Shown here in pieces: positions 26,012 to 27,336 of a stretch of DNA of 27,336 nucleotides. Position numbers and translations under genes: made by a program. The DNA is from an uncultured virus (IMG/VR IMGVR_UViG_2061766007_000524) (Duplodnaviria > Heunggongvirae > Uroviricota > Caudoviricetes), in IMG/VR virus record IMGVR_UViG_2061766007_000524; one strand, written 5' to 3'. Under the pieces are notes generated by a model. The model did no database searches and had not been told where the DNA came from. It saw only the letters and a program-made list of their open reading frames with translations. Position 1 is the stretch's first letter. The number at the start of each line of letters is the position of its first letter.

Positions 26012-26187
26012 ATAAAGAGAATCCAAGCTTTTCATTGTAGCCACAATTCTCCGGGGATTAACCTCTCCCGTTTTCAAGCCACTGCCGCCGCCTCGCGCTT
26101 ATAAGCGACTTTCCCAAAGGTGTTCTTTTCGTGCCAGCAACGTATGGCGGTCACGTTACTGTCTCAACACAACGTCAGAACCATTCG

Positions 26188-26265
26188 TTACACTTCGCCA
26201 GACTCGAACTGGCCCACTCCACCCATCCTTATGAGTGTGTAGCTTTTCCACAAGCTTCAAGTGTA
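26188..26265 (-). tRNA. tRNA-like element / pseudo-tRNA
   Basis: Acceptor UACACUU/AAGUGUA, D arm AGCU/AGCU, canonical T arm GCCAG-UUCGAGU-CUGGC; the anticodon arm is non-canonical and no CCA is encoded. Confidence 0.5.
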
Positions 26266-26581
26266 TATAAAGGGGATTTCCACCCCGCAGCTTCCGACTA
26301 ACACGCTACTGGACGCAGCCGCCTTTGTAGTCTTTCGGAGGGGACACCGCACTGCCTAATACAATGTCCCGCGCATCCTAACATTGCCAGCTATTAAGAC
26401 ACGCTTCAATGCCAATGATCGTGAAAAGAAAACTTCTCGTCACCATCCTGTCTGTTCGCAACCCACAGACCGTTAAAACCATGACTACTTAGGGAAAGTT
26501 CAGCTTCACCGTAAACTCCACTAAACTTTTCAAGAGCTTCCTGCACAAGCTCTCGTTCCCCACCCCTTTCGTCGGCCCCGG

Positions 26582-26610
26582 ACTTTACCACACAAATTTC
26601 CATTTGTCAA
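26582..26610 (-). promoter_or_regulatory. Sigma-A-type promoter driving the RNA cluster
   Basis: TTGACA(26605-26610)-N17-TAAAGT(26582-26587) with an extended TG. Confidence 0.65.
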
Positions 26611-27336
26611 CAACTTTTCCCGCATTTCTCATTATGACTACTTTAAGCCAGCTTCCCTACTCCATTCCATGCTTCCACTCCGTTTCCTACATTATTAAAT
26701 TCCTCTTTTCTTTCGTCTCCAGACGTTTGGTGACGTTTGGAGCCATTTTTATTTTTAAGATGTAAATTTACTCTCCCAAATGCTAAGTCCTCTCCAAACT
26801 CACACAATACATTACTTTTGAGCAAATCACCCCGCAAACGTCACGGAACCATCCAAACGACTCCCCTAAAACGATTTCCTATCCCAGATTTTGAAACTAC
26901 CCAACCACACCTCGCCTCACTTCTTTGTTCCGTATTTTATTTTTTCTGGACGCGACGGGTAAAGTAGTTGGTTTGGAGGGTAGCAGCGGGGTATGGTCTC
27001 AAAATAGTCTTTATTACCGTTCTGAAATACGGGTATCCGGTTTAAATAGTCATTATTTCACATTAAGACTATTTTAACCCGTTTCGGCAGTCATGGTCAG
27101 AGATTGCCAACTTTTCATCTTTTTGTGGTTAATATAAGTGAACAAGAGTTAATTGTGCTTTTTTTCTTTTATCTATTACATTTTATCATATATAATAACA
27201 TTTTGTCATGTTAATGTATTATGTATTACAATCTTTCATATATAATCATGAGCTTATAACATAATCTTTTGTTTATCTCTCTTGTATGATATAGGTATAT
27301 ACATATATGACCGTTTGAGATAATATAGATAAATAA

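Noticed and set aside
26228..26240. UCA (UGA-suppressor) anticodon in the pseudo-tRNA
   Set aside because: TCA occurs in ACTCATA but cannot be centred in a 7-nt loop with a paired stem, and it lacks U33.
26406..26967. Short ORFs 26406-26603, 26643-26837 and 26737-26967
   Set aside because: No SD or protein motifs; the first starts inside the promoter spacer and crosses predicted RNA stems.

Overview
The window is a continuous segment of a temperate tailed dsDNA phage, probably infecting a Clostridia-type Firmicute, in its excised (attP) configuration. From the right, almost all on the minus strand, it contains: an AT-rich non-coding end; a structured-RNA/tRNA cluster; an accessory operon (dUTPase, DUF6275-like, NUMOD4-HNH, ThyX-like); attP (3' part of tRNA-Ala GGC) and a tyrosine integrase; a CI/Cro/ImmA-like switch with five operators; a SNF2-helicase/methyltransferase pair; YqaJ-DUF1351-Bet-SSB recombination genes; an HNH protein; a replication initiator; DnaB; an RNAP alpha-CTD-like protein; and the packaging genes (Zn-finger protein, large terminase, probable portal). 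Main surprises: (1) the terminase frame is interrupted by UUC-UGA-AAA-UGA-UUC within a small hairpin, a candidate 12-nt programmed ribosomal bypass; (2) three TTGACA-N7-TATRMT motifs, with -35 and -10 hexamers one helical turn too close; (3) a promoter/terminator-bounded sRNA beside attP that is complementary to the start regions of three phage genes; (4) a coiled-coil gene followed by a 160-nt base-paired RNA element; (5) an array of integrase arm-like repeats 5.6 kb from attP. All family assignments come from motif recognition by eye; no database search was run.
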